In this document: positions 41,634-53,638 of the stretch, piece by piece
How positions within the stretch are numbered: position 1 is the stretch's first letter
Layout of the letters: each line of letters begins with the position of its first letter
Assembly (NCBI GenBank): GCA_963702475.1
Contig: CAVPCT010000009.1
Span: 224,001 to 288,000 of the forward strand
DNA: 64,000 bases
DNA from: an uncultured Thermoleophilia bacterium
GTDB taxonomy: Bacteria; Actinomycetota; Thermoleophilia; UBA2241
Reading direction: 5' to 3'
The notes under the pieces: generated by a model
Told to the model about the DNA's origin: nothing
The model's database searches: none
What the model saw: only the letters and a program-made list of their open reading frames with translations
Translations under genes and position numbers: made by a program

Positions 41634-42185
41634 GTGTTCGTCATCTCGGGGCCTTCGGGCGCCGGGAAGGGCACCGTCATCGCGCTCGTCAGGGAACAGC
41701 TGGACCACGTGGTGACGTCGGTGTCGGCCACTACGCGGCCGCCGCGGCCCGGTGAGGTGGACGGTGGGGAGTACTACTTCTTGCAGCGGGCGGCCTTCGA
41801 ACGCGGCGTCGAGGCGAGGGAGTTCCTGGAGTGGGTAGAATACAGCGGCAACCTGTACGGCACGCTGCGCCGCGACGTCATGGCCAAGCTTGCGGCCGGC
41901 AACGACGTCATCCTCGAGATCGAGCTCGTGGGGGCTCGTGCCGTACGGACGACCATGCCCGAGGCGGTGAGCGTGTTCATCGCGCCGCCGTCCATGGCCG
42001 AGCTGGCGCTGCGGCTCCGCGGTCGCGCGACCGAGACGGACGAGGCCATCGCCCGCCGCCTGCACAGGGCGGTGACCGAGGTGGCGGCGGCCGGTGAGTT
42101 CGACCACGTGGTGGTCAACGACGACGCAAAGCGGGCGGCCGCAGAGGTGGCCGCCATCATCGCAGACAGACGAAAGGGAACCTAA
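41634..42185 (+). CDS. gmk: Guanylate kinase
   Basis: SGPSGAGKGT, SATTR.PRPGEVDG and YGT motifs. Confidence 0.95.
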   Translation: MFVISGPSGAGKGTVIALVREQLDHVVTSVSATTRPPRPGEVDGGEYYFLQRAAFERGVEAREFLEWVEYSGNLYGTLRRDVMAKLAAGNDVILEIELVGARAVRTTMPEAVSVFIAPPSMAELALRLRGRATETDEAIARRLHRAVTEVAAAGEFDHVVVNDDAKRAAAEVAAIIADRRKGT

Positions 42186-42425
42186 GTGGACAAGCCCCGC
42201 ATCGACGAGCTCTTGCCGCACGCCGACGGCTCACGGTACGAGCTGGTCATGATCGCCGCCAAGCGCGCGCGCCAGATCAACAGCTACTACCACAGCCTCG
42301 GCGAGAACACGATGGGCATCGAGGACCTCACCCCGCCGCTCATCAACACACGCAGCACGAACCTCCTCACCATCGCCTTCGAGGAGATCGTCGACAACAA
42401 GATCGAGCACACCTGCCCCGAGTGA
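42186..42425 (+). CDS. rpoZ: RNA polymerase omega subunit
   Basis: SRYELV.IAAKRARQI and L.IA.EEI motifs. Confidence 0.93.
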   Translation: MDKPRIDELLPHADGSRYELVMIAAKRARQINSYYHSLGENTMGIEDLTPPLINTRSTNLLTIAFEEIVDNKIEHTCPE

Positions 42426-42432
42426 ACCGGGC

Positions 42433-43650
42433 ATGAGCGACGGCGGCCAGCACGCGGCCGGCGGCGGCCGCAGCGTCCTCGTCGGCGTCACCGGCGGCAT
42501 CGCCATCTACAAGGCGGTCGACCTGGTGCGCGGGCTGGTGAAGGACGGCTTCGAGCCGTTCGTGGTCACCACCGAGGCGGCGCAGCGGTTCGTCATGCCG
42601 CTCACGTTCGCTGCCGTCTCGCAGGCCCCGGTGCTCGACGACTCCAGCGCCTGGCAGGCGAGCGGCGGCTGGTTCCAGCACATCGAGGCGGCCCGCTCGG
42701 CGCGCGTCATGGTGGTCGCCCCCGCGACCGCCAACACCATCGCCAAGATGGCCGCCGGGCAGGCCGACAACCTGCTCACCGCCATCTACCTCGCCTTCCG
42801 GGGACCCGTCATCGTGGCGCCGACCATGAACTGGGCCATGAACGAGCACCCGGCGACCGTGGACAACCTGCGGGTGCTCGCGGAGCGCGGTGTGGAGGTG
42901 CTGCCCACCGAGACCGGCGAGCTGGCCTGCGGCGAGGAGGGCTCGGGCCGCATGGCTTCGCCCGACGCCATCCGCATGGCCGTGCGGCGCGCCTTCGCGA
43001 GCACGGCCACGGGACCCCTCGCGGGAAAGAAGGTCGTCGTCACCTCCGGCGGGACGCGCGAGCATATTGACGCGGTGCGCTTCATCGGTAACCGCTCCAG
43101 CGGCAAGATGGGCCGCGCGGTGGCCGACGAAGCCTACCTGCGCGGCGCCCGCGTGGCGCTCGTCACCACGCAGCCGGCCTCGGGCGTGCCGTACGACATC
43201 GTGCCGGTGGAGAGCGCCGACGACATGGCCGCGGCCGTCGGCCGGGAACTGGAGGACGCCGACGTGCTCGTCATGGCCGCCGCCGTGGCCGACTTCCGGC
43301 CCAGGGAGGTCGACGGCGGTAAGATCCCGCGCGGTGACCGCGATACGCTCACGCTCGAGCTCGTGCGCACGGTCGACGTGCTCGCCGGCACCGCGCGTCC
43401 CGGTCTCTTCCGCGTCGGCTTCGCCGCCGAGGCCGGCCCGCAGCTGCAGCGCGCTCGCGAGAAGAAGGCGGCGAAGGCCGTCGACCTCCTGGTGTTCAAT
43501 GACATCCTCGCCGAGGGCGTCGGCATCGGCGCCGACGAGAACGAGATCACCATCATCGGCGCACTCGGCGAGACCCACGTGCCGCGCACGAGCAAGTCGG
43601 TCTGCGCGGCCGCCATCGTCGATCACATCGAACGGGGACTGGCGACATGA
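42433..43650 (+). CDS. coaBC: Bifunctional phosphopantothenoylcysteine decarboxylase/ligase
   Basis: GVTGGIA.YK, APATAN, LACG, N.SSGKMG, AAVADF and GFAAE motifs. Confidence 0.95.
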   Translation: MSDGGQHAAGGGRSVLVGVTGGIAIYKAVDLVRGLVKDGFEPFVVTTEAAQRFVMPLTFAAVSQAPVLDDSSAWQASGGWFQHIEAARSARVMVVAPATANTIAKMAAGQADNLLTAIYLAFRGPVIVAPTMNWAMNEHPATVDNLRVLAERGVEVLPTETGELACGEEGSGRMASPDAIRMAVRRAFASTATGPLAGKKVVVTSGGTREHIDAVRFIGNRSSGKMGRAVADEAYLRGARVALVTTQPASGVPYDIVPVESADDMAAAVGRELEDADVLVMAAAVADFRPREVDGGKIPRGDRDTLTLELVRTVDVLAGTARPGLFRVGFAAEAGPQLQRAREKKAAKAVDLLVFNDILAEGVGIGADENEITIIGALGETHVPRTSKSVCAAAIVDHIERGLAT

Positions 43651-44207
43651 GTGCGTCGACGCGCGACCAGGTGCTCGCCTTGCTCGAGCAGCGTGTCGCG
43701 AACGACCACCTGCGCCGCCACATGTTCGCCACCGAGGCCATCATGAGAGCTGTCGCCGTCCGGCTCGGTGAGGACGAGGCGCTCTGGGGCATCGCCGGTT
43801 TGGCCCACGACCTCGACTCGGAGGAGACCGACGACGACTTCGCGCAGCACGGTGTCGGTGCGGCGCAGGCCCTGCGCGACCTCGGGGTGTCGGAGGAGGC
43901 GGCGCACGCCGTGGCTGCGCACAACCCCGACACCGGCGTGCTCGCCGGCACGCGGATGGACGTCGCACTCATCGCCGCCGACCAGCTGAGCGGGCTCATC
44001 ACAGCCGCGGCGTTGGTGCGCCCGGACAGGGATCTCGCCGGGGTGCAGCTCAAGTCGGTGCGCAAGCGCTATCGCGAGGGCGCGTTCGCGCGCGGGGTCG
44101 ACCGCGCCTCCATCGCGCGCTGCGCGGAGCTCGGTCTGGCGCTCGACGACTTCATGGCGCTCGGCCTCCAGGCCATGCAGGGTATCGCCCCGGAGCTGGG
44201 GCTGTAG
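43647..44207 (+). CDS. HD/HDIG domain metal-dependent phosphohydrolase
   Basis: H...HDLD...HG...H, D.LSGLI.A.ALVRP and FARGVDR motifs. Confidence 0.85.
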   Translation: MSASTRDQVLALLEQRVANDHLRRHMFATEAIMRAVAVRLGEDEALWGIAGLAHDLDSEETDDDFAQHGVGAAQALRDLGVSEEAAHAVAAHNPDTGVLAGTRMDVALIAADQLSGLITAAALVRPDRDLAGVQLKSVRKRYREGAFARGVDRASIARCAELGLALDDFMALGLQAMQGIAPELGL

Positions 44208-44220
44208 CCTCACGCGGCAG

Positions 44221-44613
44221 ATGGACGACCGCATCCGGCGAGAGCCGGCCTTCGAGCCGGAGAGCGAGGCCTACGATCTCTTCACCCGCGGCATGGCCTT
44301 TCTGCGCGACAAGCACCCGCCGCAGGCCGCCATGCTCCTTCGCCGCGCGCTCGAGCTGGAGCCCGGCCGCAACTCCATCCGCGAGGGCCTGGGCCGGGCC
44401 GAGTTCGCGCTCGGCCGCCACCAACAGGCCGCCGAGCTGTTCGGCGCCCTGCTCGCCGACTGCCCCGACAACGACTACGCGCACTACGCACGGGGGCGCT
44501 GCCTGCTGGCTCTTGGCTGCGACGACGAAGCGCGGGCGCATCTGCGTCTGGCCCGCGCTCTCGCGCCACACAGCGACCTGTATCGCGCGACGCTCGCCGG
44601 GGCGGAGGGCTGA
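44221..44613 (+). CDS. Tetratricopeptide repeat protein
   Basis: Helical repeats A..LEP, LGRA.F and P.NDYAHY..G. Confidence 0.8.
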   Translation: MDDRIRREPAFEPESEAYDLFTRGMAFLRDKHPPQAAMLLRRALELEPGRNSIREGLGRAEFALGRHQQAAELFGALLADCPDNDYAHYARGRCLLALGCDDEARAHLRLARALAPHSDLYRATLAGAEG

Positions 44614-44622
44614 GGAGCGGCC

Positions 44623-44642
44623 GGAGCGACGCACGTCGCTCC
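44623..44642. terminator. Hairpin between convergent genes
   Basis: GGAGCGAC-gcac-GTCGCTCC; no U tract. Confidence 0.45.
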
Positions 44643-44664
44643 CTGTCGGTCGCCGGCCGCCCGG

Positions 44665-45738
44665 TCAGTGAGGCACGACGGGGGGTGGAGGCCCGCTGCG
44701 GCCGCCCGCGGGCGGCACGACCGGCAGCACCGCGGGCACCGGCGGGGATGTGTGAGCGGCCGCCGCGGCGTCGTCCGCGATGCCCTGCCGGCTGCGAGTG
44801 AGGGCGTCCGGATCGGCGTGCGCCATCTCCAGCAGGATGGCGATGCGCTTCTGGATCGGCGGGTGGGTGTCGAACAGGCCCGCCGACTCCTTGAGCTTCT
44901 TGCCCTTCAGCGGGTTGGCGATGAACAGGTGCGCCGTGGCCCGGTTCGCGCTGCGCAACGGCTGTGGGTCTGTGGCGATCTCGTTGAGGGCCCGCGCCAG
45001 GCCCAGGGGGTTGCGCGTGAGTTGCACGGCCGTGGCGTCGGCGAGGTACTCACGGCGCCGCGAGATGGCGAACTGCACCATGTAGGCGGCCAGGGGCGCG
45101 AGGATGGCCAGCACGATGGCGACGATCATGAAGATCATCTGGCCCTGGTCGCCGCCGCCGCTGTCGCTGCCGCGGCGGCGTCCCATGCCGCCCCAGAAAG
45201 TCCAGCGCAGGAAGAAGTCGGCGACGAGCGCGACCATGCCCACCAGCACGCCGACGAGCATGGCGAAGCGGATGTCGTAGTTGCGCACGTGCGAGAGCTC
45301 GTGGGCGAGGACACCCTGCAGCTGCTCGCGGTCGAGCCGCCTCAGGAGGCCGCGCGTCACCGCGACCGCCGCATGCTTGGGGTCACGGCCGGTAGCGAAC
45401 GCGTTGAGCGCCTGGTCCTCGATCACGTACACCGCCGGGGGCGCTGCGAGGCCGGCGGCGATGCTGACCTCCTCCACCACGTTACAGAGCTGCGGCTCGT
45501 CGTCGTGGGTCACGTGGTGGGCGCCGCTCGCGGCCAGGACCATCTTGTCGCCGGCGTAGTAGCCGATGAGGCTCCAGGCGATGGCCGCCACGCCGAACAC
45601 GCCGAGCAGACCCAGGCCTCCGGTGCTGTCGCCGGCCACGGCGTAGCCGATCACAAAGCCGAGCGCGGCGAGTATGGCGACCACGAGCCCCATGAGGAGC
45701 CACGAGGCCCGCTGGTTGCGGGCGATCTGTTCGTACAT
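44665..45738 (-). CDS. htpX: HtpX-like M48 zinc metalloprotease
   Basis: NAFATG, HELSH, SR.REYLAD and THPP motifs. Confidence 0.92.
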   Translation of the reverse strand: MYEQIARNQRASWLLMGLVVAILAALGFVIGYAVAGDSTGGLGLLGVFGVAAIAWSLIGYYAGDKMVLAASGAHHVTHDDEPQLCNVVEEVSIAAGLAAPPAVYVIEDQALNAFATGRDPKHAAVAVTRGLLRRLDREQLQGVLAHELSHVRNYDIRFAMLVGVLVGMVALVADFFLRWTFWGGMGRRRGSDSGGGDQGQMIFMIVAIVLAILAPLAAYMVQFAISRRREYLADATAVQLTRNPLGLARALNEIATDPQPLRSANRATAHLFIANPLKGKKLKESAGLFDTHPPIQKRIAILLEMAHADPDALTRSRQGIADDAAAAAHTSPPVPAVLPVVPPAGGRSGPPPPVVPH

Positions 45739-45758
45739 GGCGGTGAGCTACGCGGCGC

Positions 45759-46319
45759 TCAGCGCAGGTTGACCGTGGGCACCTCGCGGTCGCCGGCGGG
45801 CGCCTCGAAGAACTGGCGGGCGCTGAAGTTGAACATGCCCGCGATGATGTTGCTGGGGAACATCTGGATCTTGTTGTTGTAGGTGAGCACGCTGTCGTTG
45901 TAGAACTGGCGCGCGAACGAGATCTTGTTCTCGGTCGCGGTGAGCTCCTCTTGCAGACTCAGGACGTTCTGGTTGGCCTTGAGGTCGGGGTAGTTCTCAA
46001 CGACGGCGAACAGCGACTTGAGAGTACCCGTGAGCACGTTCTCGGCCTCGGCCTGCGCCTGGGGCCCGGCGTCGCCCGCCTGGATGGCCGCCGCCCGCGC
46101 GTTGGTGACGTTGGTCAGCGTCTCCTGCTCGTAGGACATGTAGTCCTTGACGGCCTCGACGAGGTTGGGGATGAGGTCGTGCCGGCGCTTGAGCTGCACG
46201 TCGATCTGGCTCCACGCGTTGTCGACCTGGTTGCGCCGTTTGACGAGGCTGTTGTACATGCCCGCCACGATGATGCCGAGCACGACAAGCACCACGATGA
46301 TGATGATGACGGCGACCAC
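45759..46319 (-). CDS. lemA: LemA family protein
   Basis: N-terminal TM; [23 protein letters not shown] and FPSN motifs; AAAGGAG SD. Confidence 0.95.
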   Translation of the reverse strand: MVAVIIIIVVLVVLGIIVAGMYNSLVKRRNQVDNAWSQIDVQLKRRHDLIPNLVEAVKDYMSYEQETLTNVTNARAAAIQAGDAGPQAQAEAENVLTGTLKSLFAVVENYPDLKANQNVLSLQEELTATENKISFARQFYNDSVLTYNNKIQMFPSNIIAGMFNFSARQFFEAPAGDREVPTVNLR

Positions 46320-46496
46320 TGGGCTCCTTTCGTCGAGTGCAGCGCTGAGTCAGTAGAGTATGCCACCGCGGGGCCCGGCCCATGCGCGGGGAGGAGAACA
46401 CGCCGTGCCGTCCCGCGCGAGGGACGATGAACGCGGCTGCGGCTGCCGGTGCGCCCGGCGTTTGTCGGCCCTCCGGGGGTCCAGTATCCTTGAACG

Positions 46497-47291
46497 ATGA
46501 ACGGTCGCGTGACCACCATCCTCCTGACCGTCGCGGCGGTCGCAGCCGTGGTGGCTATGGGGCTCGCCGGCTACGGCGTCGTGCGCGCCCGGGCGCAAGG
46601 TCTCCAGCCCCGACAGGTGCTCGCGCCAGTCGAGCTGCCCTCCGTGCCGCCCTCGGCGAGCGCGGCGCCCGAGCCTCAGTACGAGCGCTGGACGGTGGGC
46701 GTCGCAAGGCGTCAGGTCACGGTACACAAGCGCCCGGACAAGGACTCCAGGGTCGTGGAGAGGTTCGCCGTCCGTTCCGTGGCCGACTACCCCACCCTCT
46801 TCCTGGTCGACACGGTCCGCACTGTGGACGGCTCGCCTTGGTACAAGGTCTGGCTGCCGGCGCCGCCCAACGGCTCTCAAGGCTGGGTCGCCGACGGGGA
46901 GCTGGCCTTCTACCGGACGAGCTCCAGGATCGAGATCGACCTCTCGGAGCGGCGTCTCACCGTGGTCCGAAGGGGAGCCGAAGAGGGCAGTTGGCCGGTC
47001 GCCGTCGGCCGGCCCGGCCTTGAGACACCCACGGGCACGTTCTTCGTGACGCTCAAGCTCAGGCCGCCCGACCCAGGGGGAGTCTATGGCGCCGTCGCCC
47101 TCGGCACCAGCGCCTACCAGGCCGAGCTCAGCGACTGGGAGGGGGGCGGCATCGTCGCCATCCACGGCACCAACGAGCCGTGGCTCATCGGCGAGGCCGT
47201 CAGCCACGGCTGCGTGCGCATGAAGAACACGGCCATACTCAAGGTGAACAAGCTGGTGCCCGCCGGGAGCCCTATCTTCATCCGGGAGTAG
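46497..47291 (+). CDS. L,D-transpeptidase (YkuD family) with N-terminal anchor
   Basis: VAVG....TP.G and IHGTN...SHGCVRM motifs; TATCCT -10 at 46485-46490, 6 nt before ATG. Confidence 0.9.
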   Translation: MNGRVTTILLTVAAVAAVVAMGLAGYGVVRARAQGLQPRQVLAPVELPSVPPSASAAPEPQYERWTVGVARRQVTVHKRPDKDSRVVERFAVRSVADYPTLFLVDTVRTVDGSPWYKVWLPAPPNGSQGWVADGELAFYRTSSRIEIDLSERRLTVVRRGAEEGSWPVAVGRPGLETPTGTFFVTLKLRPPDPGGVYGAVALGTSAYQAELSDWEGGGIVAIHGTNEPWLIGEAVSHGCVRMKNTAILKVNKLVPAGSPIFIRE

Positions 47292-47305
47292 CTCCGGTCG
47301 TCTCA

Positions 47306-47339
47306 CGGTGCGGCCGGCGTGAGCCGACCCGCCGCACCG
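47306..47339. terminator. Hairpin between convergent genes
   Basis: CGGTGCGGC...GCCGCACCG 9-bp inverted repeat. Confidence 0.5.
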
Positions 47340-47349
47340 CCTCCGCGGC

Positions 47350-47634
47350 TCACCAGTAGTCGCCCTGGTGCAGCAGCATGTCGTGGGCCTTGCACTTCGG
47401 GCAGGTGTACGACGACGACTTGTCGAGAAAGAACAGCTCGCTGCCGCACATGACGCAGGGGAACTCGTCGACGTGGATGTCTGCCCCGGTCAGGTCGACC
47501 TCGACGATGATGCCGCACTCCACACAGTAGGCCGGCATGAACCGCCGCCTGGGGTCCAGGACGCCGACCCCCCAGCGGATGCGTTCGGCACGATAGCCGC
47601 ACTCCCGACACTCGAACGTGGTGTACTCGCCCAT
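47350..47634 (-). CDS. 94-aa hypothetical protein with four CxxC motifs (double Zn ribbon)
   Basis: CREC, CVEC, CVMC and CPKC; GAGGGGAG SD. Confidence 0.75.
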   Translation of the reverse strand: MGEYTTFECRECGYRAERIRWGVGVLDPRRRFMPAYCVECGIIVEVDLTGADIHVDEFPCVMCGSELFFLDKSSSYTCPKCKAHDMLLHQGDYW

Positions 47635-47705
47635 CGCACTCCCCTCAGCTGCCTGGGGTGCGTATCGGCAGGGTCCGCCCGCCTGTTGAGCGCTTTCAGG
47701 GTTCC

Positions 47706-47735
47706 TTGAACGGCAGGGCGCCGACGGTATATACT
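47706..47735 (+). promoter_or_regulatory. rimP operon promoter TTGAAC-N18-TATACT
   Basis: Same hexamer pair and spacing as at mihF. Confidence 0.7.
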
Positions 47736-47775
47736 TCTTCGGCTGGAAACACACCACGAGGCGGACTCTTGCGCG

Positions 47776-47800
47776 AAAAGTCGGTGGGTAACCGACTTTT
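47776..47800 (+). promoter_or_regulatory. rimP leader terminator/attenuator hairpin
   Basis: AAAAGTCGGT-gggta-ACCGACTTTT perfect stem ending in T4, located in the 5' leader. Confidence 0.75.
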
Positions 47801-47819
47801 GTCTTGTCAGGGGTCGTGT

Positions 47820-48284
47820 ATGGGCGGAAGAAGAGAGGAACTGGAGACGATGGTCGAGGCCATGTTGGCCGAGCGCTTCCCGGAGGTCGAACTCATCGAC
47901 CTCGAGGTGCGCGGCGGCGCCGCGGCCACGCTGACGCTGTTCATCGACAGCCCCGGCGGCGCCGACCTGGATCTGTGCGCAGCCGTCAGCGAGTCGCTGG
48001 AGGACATCCGCGAGCGGTACGCGCTCGAGGTGTCGTCTCCGGGCCTCGACCGCAGGCTGCGCAAGCCGGCGCATTTCGCCGCCGCGCTCGGTCGCGACGT
48101 GGCGATCATGCTCACGGCGCCGCAGGACGGCCGCCGCAACTTCCGCGGCGAGCTCACGGCGGCCGGCGAGAGCAGCGTCACGCTCGTGCTTGCAGAAGGC
48201 GGCGAGGTCACGCTGCCGATCGCCGCGGTCGCCCGCGCCCACGTGGTCCACAACTTTGACAGTGACGGAGGCCGTCGTGAGTAG
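47820..48284 (+). CDS. rimP: Ribosome maturation factor RimP
   Basis: L.LFID..GG..LD.C..VS and Y.LEVSSPGLDR.L motifs. Confidence 0.93.
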   Translation: MGGRREELETMVEAMLAERFPEVELIDLEVRGGAAATLTLFIDSPGGADLDLCAAVSESLEDIRERYALEVSSPGLDRRLRKPAHFAAALGRDVAIMLTAPQDGRRNFRGELTAAGESSVTLVLAEGGEVTLPIAAVARAHVVHNFDSDGGRRE

Positions 48285-49557
48285 AGAGATCATCGAGGCG
48301 CTGCGCCAGATCGAGAAGGAGAAGGGCATCGCCTTCGCGGCCCTCGTGGAGGCTCTCGAGGACGCCCTGCTCTCGGCGTACAAGAAGACCCCGAACGCCG
48401 TGGAGCACGCCAAGGTCGAGGTCGACACCGAGACCGGCGACATGCGCGTGTACGAACTCATCTTCCCCGAGCACATCGACGTCGAGGCGCTCAAGGTCCA
48501 CGACGACGAGACCGGCGAAGAGATCGGGCTCGACCTCTCGAGCGTCGACATGAGTGAGGTCGAGCGCGTGGAGGTCACCCCCGACGACTTCGGCCGCATC
48601 GCCGCGCAAACGGCCAAGCAGGTCATCCTGCAACGCATCCGCGAGGCCGAGCGCGACCTCATGTACGAGGAGTACATCGACCGCATCGGGGAGCTCGTCA
48701 CCGGCATCGTGCAGCAGAGCGACCCTCGGCACAACACGCTCGTCGAGCTCGGCCGCGTGGAAGCCGAGCTGCCTCGCGGCGAGCAGATCGAGACCGAGCA
48801 CTACGACCACGGCGCCCGCATCAAGGCGGTCATCATGCGCGTCGAAGACTCGGCCAAGGGCCCGCAGGTCAAGCTGTCGCGCCGCAGCGAAGAGCTCGTG
48901 CGCAAGCTGTTCGAGCTGGAGGTGCCCGAGATCGCCGACGGCCTGGTCGAGATCAGGCAGGTCGCCCGCGAGACCGGCTATCGCGGCAAGGACGGCAAGC
49001 CGGTCCCCGGCCGCTGCAAGATCGCAGTGATATCGCACGCCGACGGCGTCGACCCGGTGGGGGCGTGCGTGGGCCCACGCGGCTCGCGCGTCCGCATGGT
49101 CGTCAGCGAGCTGCGCGGCGAGCGCATCGACATCATCCCGTACAACGACGACGCGGCGCGCTTCGTGGCCAAGGCGCTCTCGCCGGCCCGCGTGCGCGAG
49201 GTCATCGTCGACGACGAGGAGAAGACGGCTACCATCATCGTGCCCGACGACCAGCTGTCTCTGGCCATCGGCAAGGAGGGTCAGAACGCGCGCCTGGCGA
49301 GCAAGCTCACCGGCTGGCGCATCGACATCAAGAGTCAGCAGCAGATGGCTGAGGCCGAGAGCGCCCTGGAGTTCGGCGACGACGAAGGCGTGGACGGCCA
49401 GTGTCAGGCCGTCATGCGCAACGGCAAACGCTGCCCGAACCAGGCCGAGCCGGGCTCGCGCTACTGCAGTCTCCACAAGGACTACGTCGAGCCCGAGCGG
49501 CCGGCGCCGGCCGAGGCCACTGAGGCGGCGGCGGAGCCGGAGGCCGGCGAGGAGTGA
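48277..49557 (+). CDS. nusA: Transcription factor NusA with a C-terminal C3H motif
   Basis: [31 protein letters not shown] and [12 protein letters not shown] motifs. Confidence 0.96.
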   Translation: MSREIIEALRQIEKEKGIAFAALVEALEDALLSAYKKTPNAVEHAKVEVDTETGDMRVYELIFPEHIDVEALKVHDDETGEEIGLDLSSVDMSEVERVEVTPDDFGRIAAQTAKQVILQRIREAERDLMYEEYIDRIGELVTGIVQQSDPRHNTLVELGRVEAELPRGEQIETEHYDHGARIKAVIMRVEDSAKGPQVKLSRRSEELVRKLFELEVPEIADGLVEIRQVARETGYRGKDGKPVPGRCKIAVISHADGVDPVGACVGPRGSRVRMVVSELRGERIDIIPYNDDAARFVAKALSPARVREVIVDDEEKTATIIVPDDQLSLAIGKEGQNARLASKLTGWRIDIKSQQQMAEAESALEFGDDEGVDGQCQAVMRNGKRCPNQAEPGSRYCSLHKDYVEPERPAPAEATEAAAEPEAGEE

Positions 49558-49832
49558 CGCCGGTGGCGGTCCCTGAACGCACCTGCGTAGGCTGCCGCAC
49601 GCGGCGGCCGCAGGCCGCGCTCGTGCGCGTCGTCCTGCGGCACGGCGCCGTGGTGCCGGCCGGAAAGGGAGTGCCGGGGCGCGGGGCGTACCTGTGCCCC
49701 GACCACGAGTGTCTGGCGGCCGCGCAGAAGCGACGCGCGTTCACGCGCGCTTTTCGCGCCGCTGCCGTGATGGAGCATGAGGCCGAGCAGGCCATTGCAC
49801 AGACGATTGAGTCACGAAAGGCGGTGAGGTGA
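49554..49832 (+). CDS. ylxR: YlxR/RnpM family protein (DUF448)
   Basis: PERTCVGCR and GRGAYLC motifs. Confidence 0.9.
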   Translation: MTPVAVPERTCVGCRTRRPQAALVRVVLRHGAVVPAGKGVPGRGAYLCPDHECLAAAQKRRAFTRAFRAAAVMEHEAEQAIAQTIESRKAVR

Positions 49833-51903
<2,071 letters not shown>

Positions 51904-51914
<11 letters not shown>

Positions 51915-52227
51915 CGCCTGCCTCGGCGTCCTGCTGGCGGAGCTGCACTTCCCGCAGAGCAGGTCGCTGAAGGAGAAGCGCGCGCCCCTCGCGTCGCTCC
52001 GCGACGCGGTCCACGCGCGCTTCAAGGCGTCCTTCAGTGAGGTCGGCCTGCACGACGTGTGGCAGCGCTCGCGCGTGCTCGTCGTGCTGGCGGCATCCTC
52101 GCTGCAGCAGGCCTCCCAGCAGATAGACGAGGTCGACCGGCATCTTCACTCCCAGGAGTTCGAGGTGTCGCGCGTCCTCCTCAAGAGCACAGACACGGTG
52201 GACACCCTGTGGGACATCGACTTCTGA
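51904..52227 (+). CDS. DUF503 (YlxP) family protein
   Basis: SLKEKR...RF..S.SEVG.HD.WQR pattern; position between infB and rbfA. Confidence 0.85.
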
Positions 52228-52664
52228 GGATCAACGAGAGCATCAAGGAGATCGTGTCGTCCGTCATCACGGCCGAGGGTCTCAAAGACCCGCGCGTCGG
52301 GTTCGTCACGGTCACGGGCGTGGAGACGTCGCGGGACCTCAGGTACGCCAAGGTGTACGTCAGCGTGCTCGGCAAGCAGGCGGAGCGCGACGCGTGCATG
52401 GATGCCCTCGAGCACTCGCGCGGGTACCTGCAGGCGCGACTCAACGCTGTGTCGCACATGAGGCGCACGCCGCAGCTCGAGTTCCTGTACGACAGCACGC
52501 TGGACGACGCGCTGCACCTTGACGAGGTGATGCGGCGCGAGGAAGCTGCGCTCGGCGCCGAGCCGCGCGAGATCCCGGTGCCGGGCGCCGCCCTGCGTGA
52601 CGAGTCCCCTGCCGACGACTGGGACGACGAGCCCGTGGACGTCGACGACGAGGAGCCCGCGTGA
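52209..52664 (+). CDS. rbfA: Ribosome-binding factor A
   Basis: KDPR.GFVTVT.V..S.DL..AKVY and RRTP.L.F..D motifs. Confidence 0.94.
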   Translation: MGHRLLRINESIKEIVSSVITAEGLKDPRVGFVTVTGVETSRDLRYAKVYVSVLGKQAERDACMDALEHSRGYLQARLNAVSHMRRTPQLEFLYDSTLDDALHLDEVMRREEAALGAEPREIPVPGAALRDESPADDWDDEPVDVDDEEPA

Positions 52665-53638
52665 AGGCTCTCCCGGCCGACCTCGCCGCCGTGTGCCGGC
52701 GCATGCGTGCCGACTCGCGCGTGGCTCTCGGCGTGCACGAGAAGCCGGACGCCGACGCCCTGGGCGCGGCCGGTGGCATGCTCGACCTGTTCGCACAGCT
52801 GGGTCGCGAGGCCCGCCTGTACGTGGACGAGGGCGAGCTCCTGCCGTTGCAGCACCTGCTCCTGCCGGAGGGAGCCGTCGTCCGCGGCCTGCCGCCCGCG
52901 GGACTGCCTCTCTACGCATTGGACTGCGGGTCGTTCGCCCGGCTCGCCCTGGCTATCGATTCCTGGGAGGGCCCTCTCGTCGACATCGACCACCACCACG
53001 ACAACGCGGGGTTCGGCCACACCGTGCTCCTCCGCCCCGACGCCAGCAGCACGTGCGAGATCGTCTGCGAGATCGCGCGGGCTCTGGGCCTCACACCGTC
53101 GCTCGCTGCCGCCACCGCGCTGTACGCCGGCATCTCGTTCGACTCGGGCCACTTCCATCACGGCAGCACAAGCGCCGACACGTTCCGCTGCGCCGCGTGG
53201 CTGCGCGAGCTCGGTGTCGACGTGACGGCGGTCTATGGCGAGTTGTACGAACGGCGCACCCTGGGCGCCGTGCGCCTGTGCGCCCTCGCCGTCGGTGGAG
53301 CGCTGCAGGTGGACGGCGGCCGCGCCCTCGTCGCCACGCTGACGCGTGACGACTACCTGGCCGCGGGGGCCGGTGAAGACGAGACCGAGGGCATCGTCGA
53401 GACCCTGCGCGCCGTGGGCGGCGTGGAGGCGGCCGCCCTTGTCAGAGAACAGTCCTCCGGAGCGCGTGTGCGCGTCAGTCTCCGGTCGCGGGCGGTGGAC
53501 GTCAGCGCCATCGCCGCCGCCCGCGGCGGCGGCGGCCACCGGCTCGCCGCCGGCTTCTCCAGCGCCGACGCTCCTGAGGAGGTGAGCGCGTGGGTCAGTT
53601 CCGAACTCGCAAAGTCCCTCTCGACGGCGTCCTCCTGA
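52661..53638 (+). CDS. nrnA: DHH family oligoribonuclease/PAP phosphatase NrnA
   Basis: H.KPD.DA.G, IDHH, DSG.F and GGGGH..AAG motifs. Confidence 0.9.
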   Translation: MKALPADLAAVCRRMRADSRVALGVHEKPDADALGAAGGMLDLFAQLGREARLYVDEGELLPLQHLLLPEGAVVRGLPPAGLPLYALDCGSFARLALAIDSWEGPLVDIDHHHDNAGFGHTVLLRPDASSTCEIVCEIARALGLTPSLAAATALYAGISFDSGHFHHGSTSADTFRCAAWLRELGVDVTAVYGELYERRTLGAVRLCALAVGGALQVDGGRALVATLTRDDYLAAGAGEDETEGIVETLRAVGGVEAAALVREQSSGARVRVSLRSRAVDVSAIAAARGGGGHRLAAGFSSADAPEEVSAWVSSELAKSLSTASS

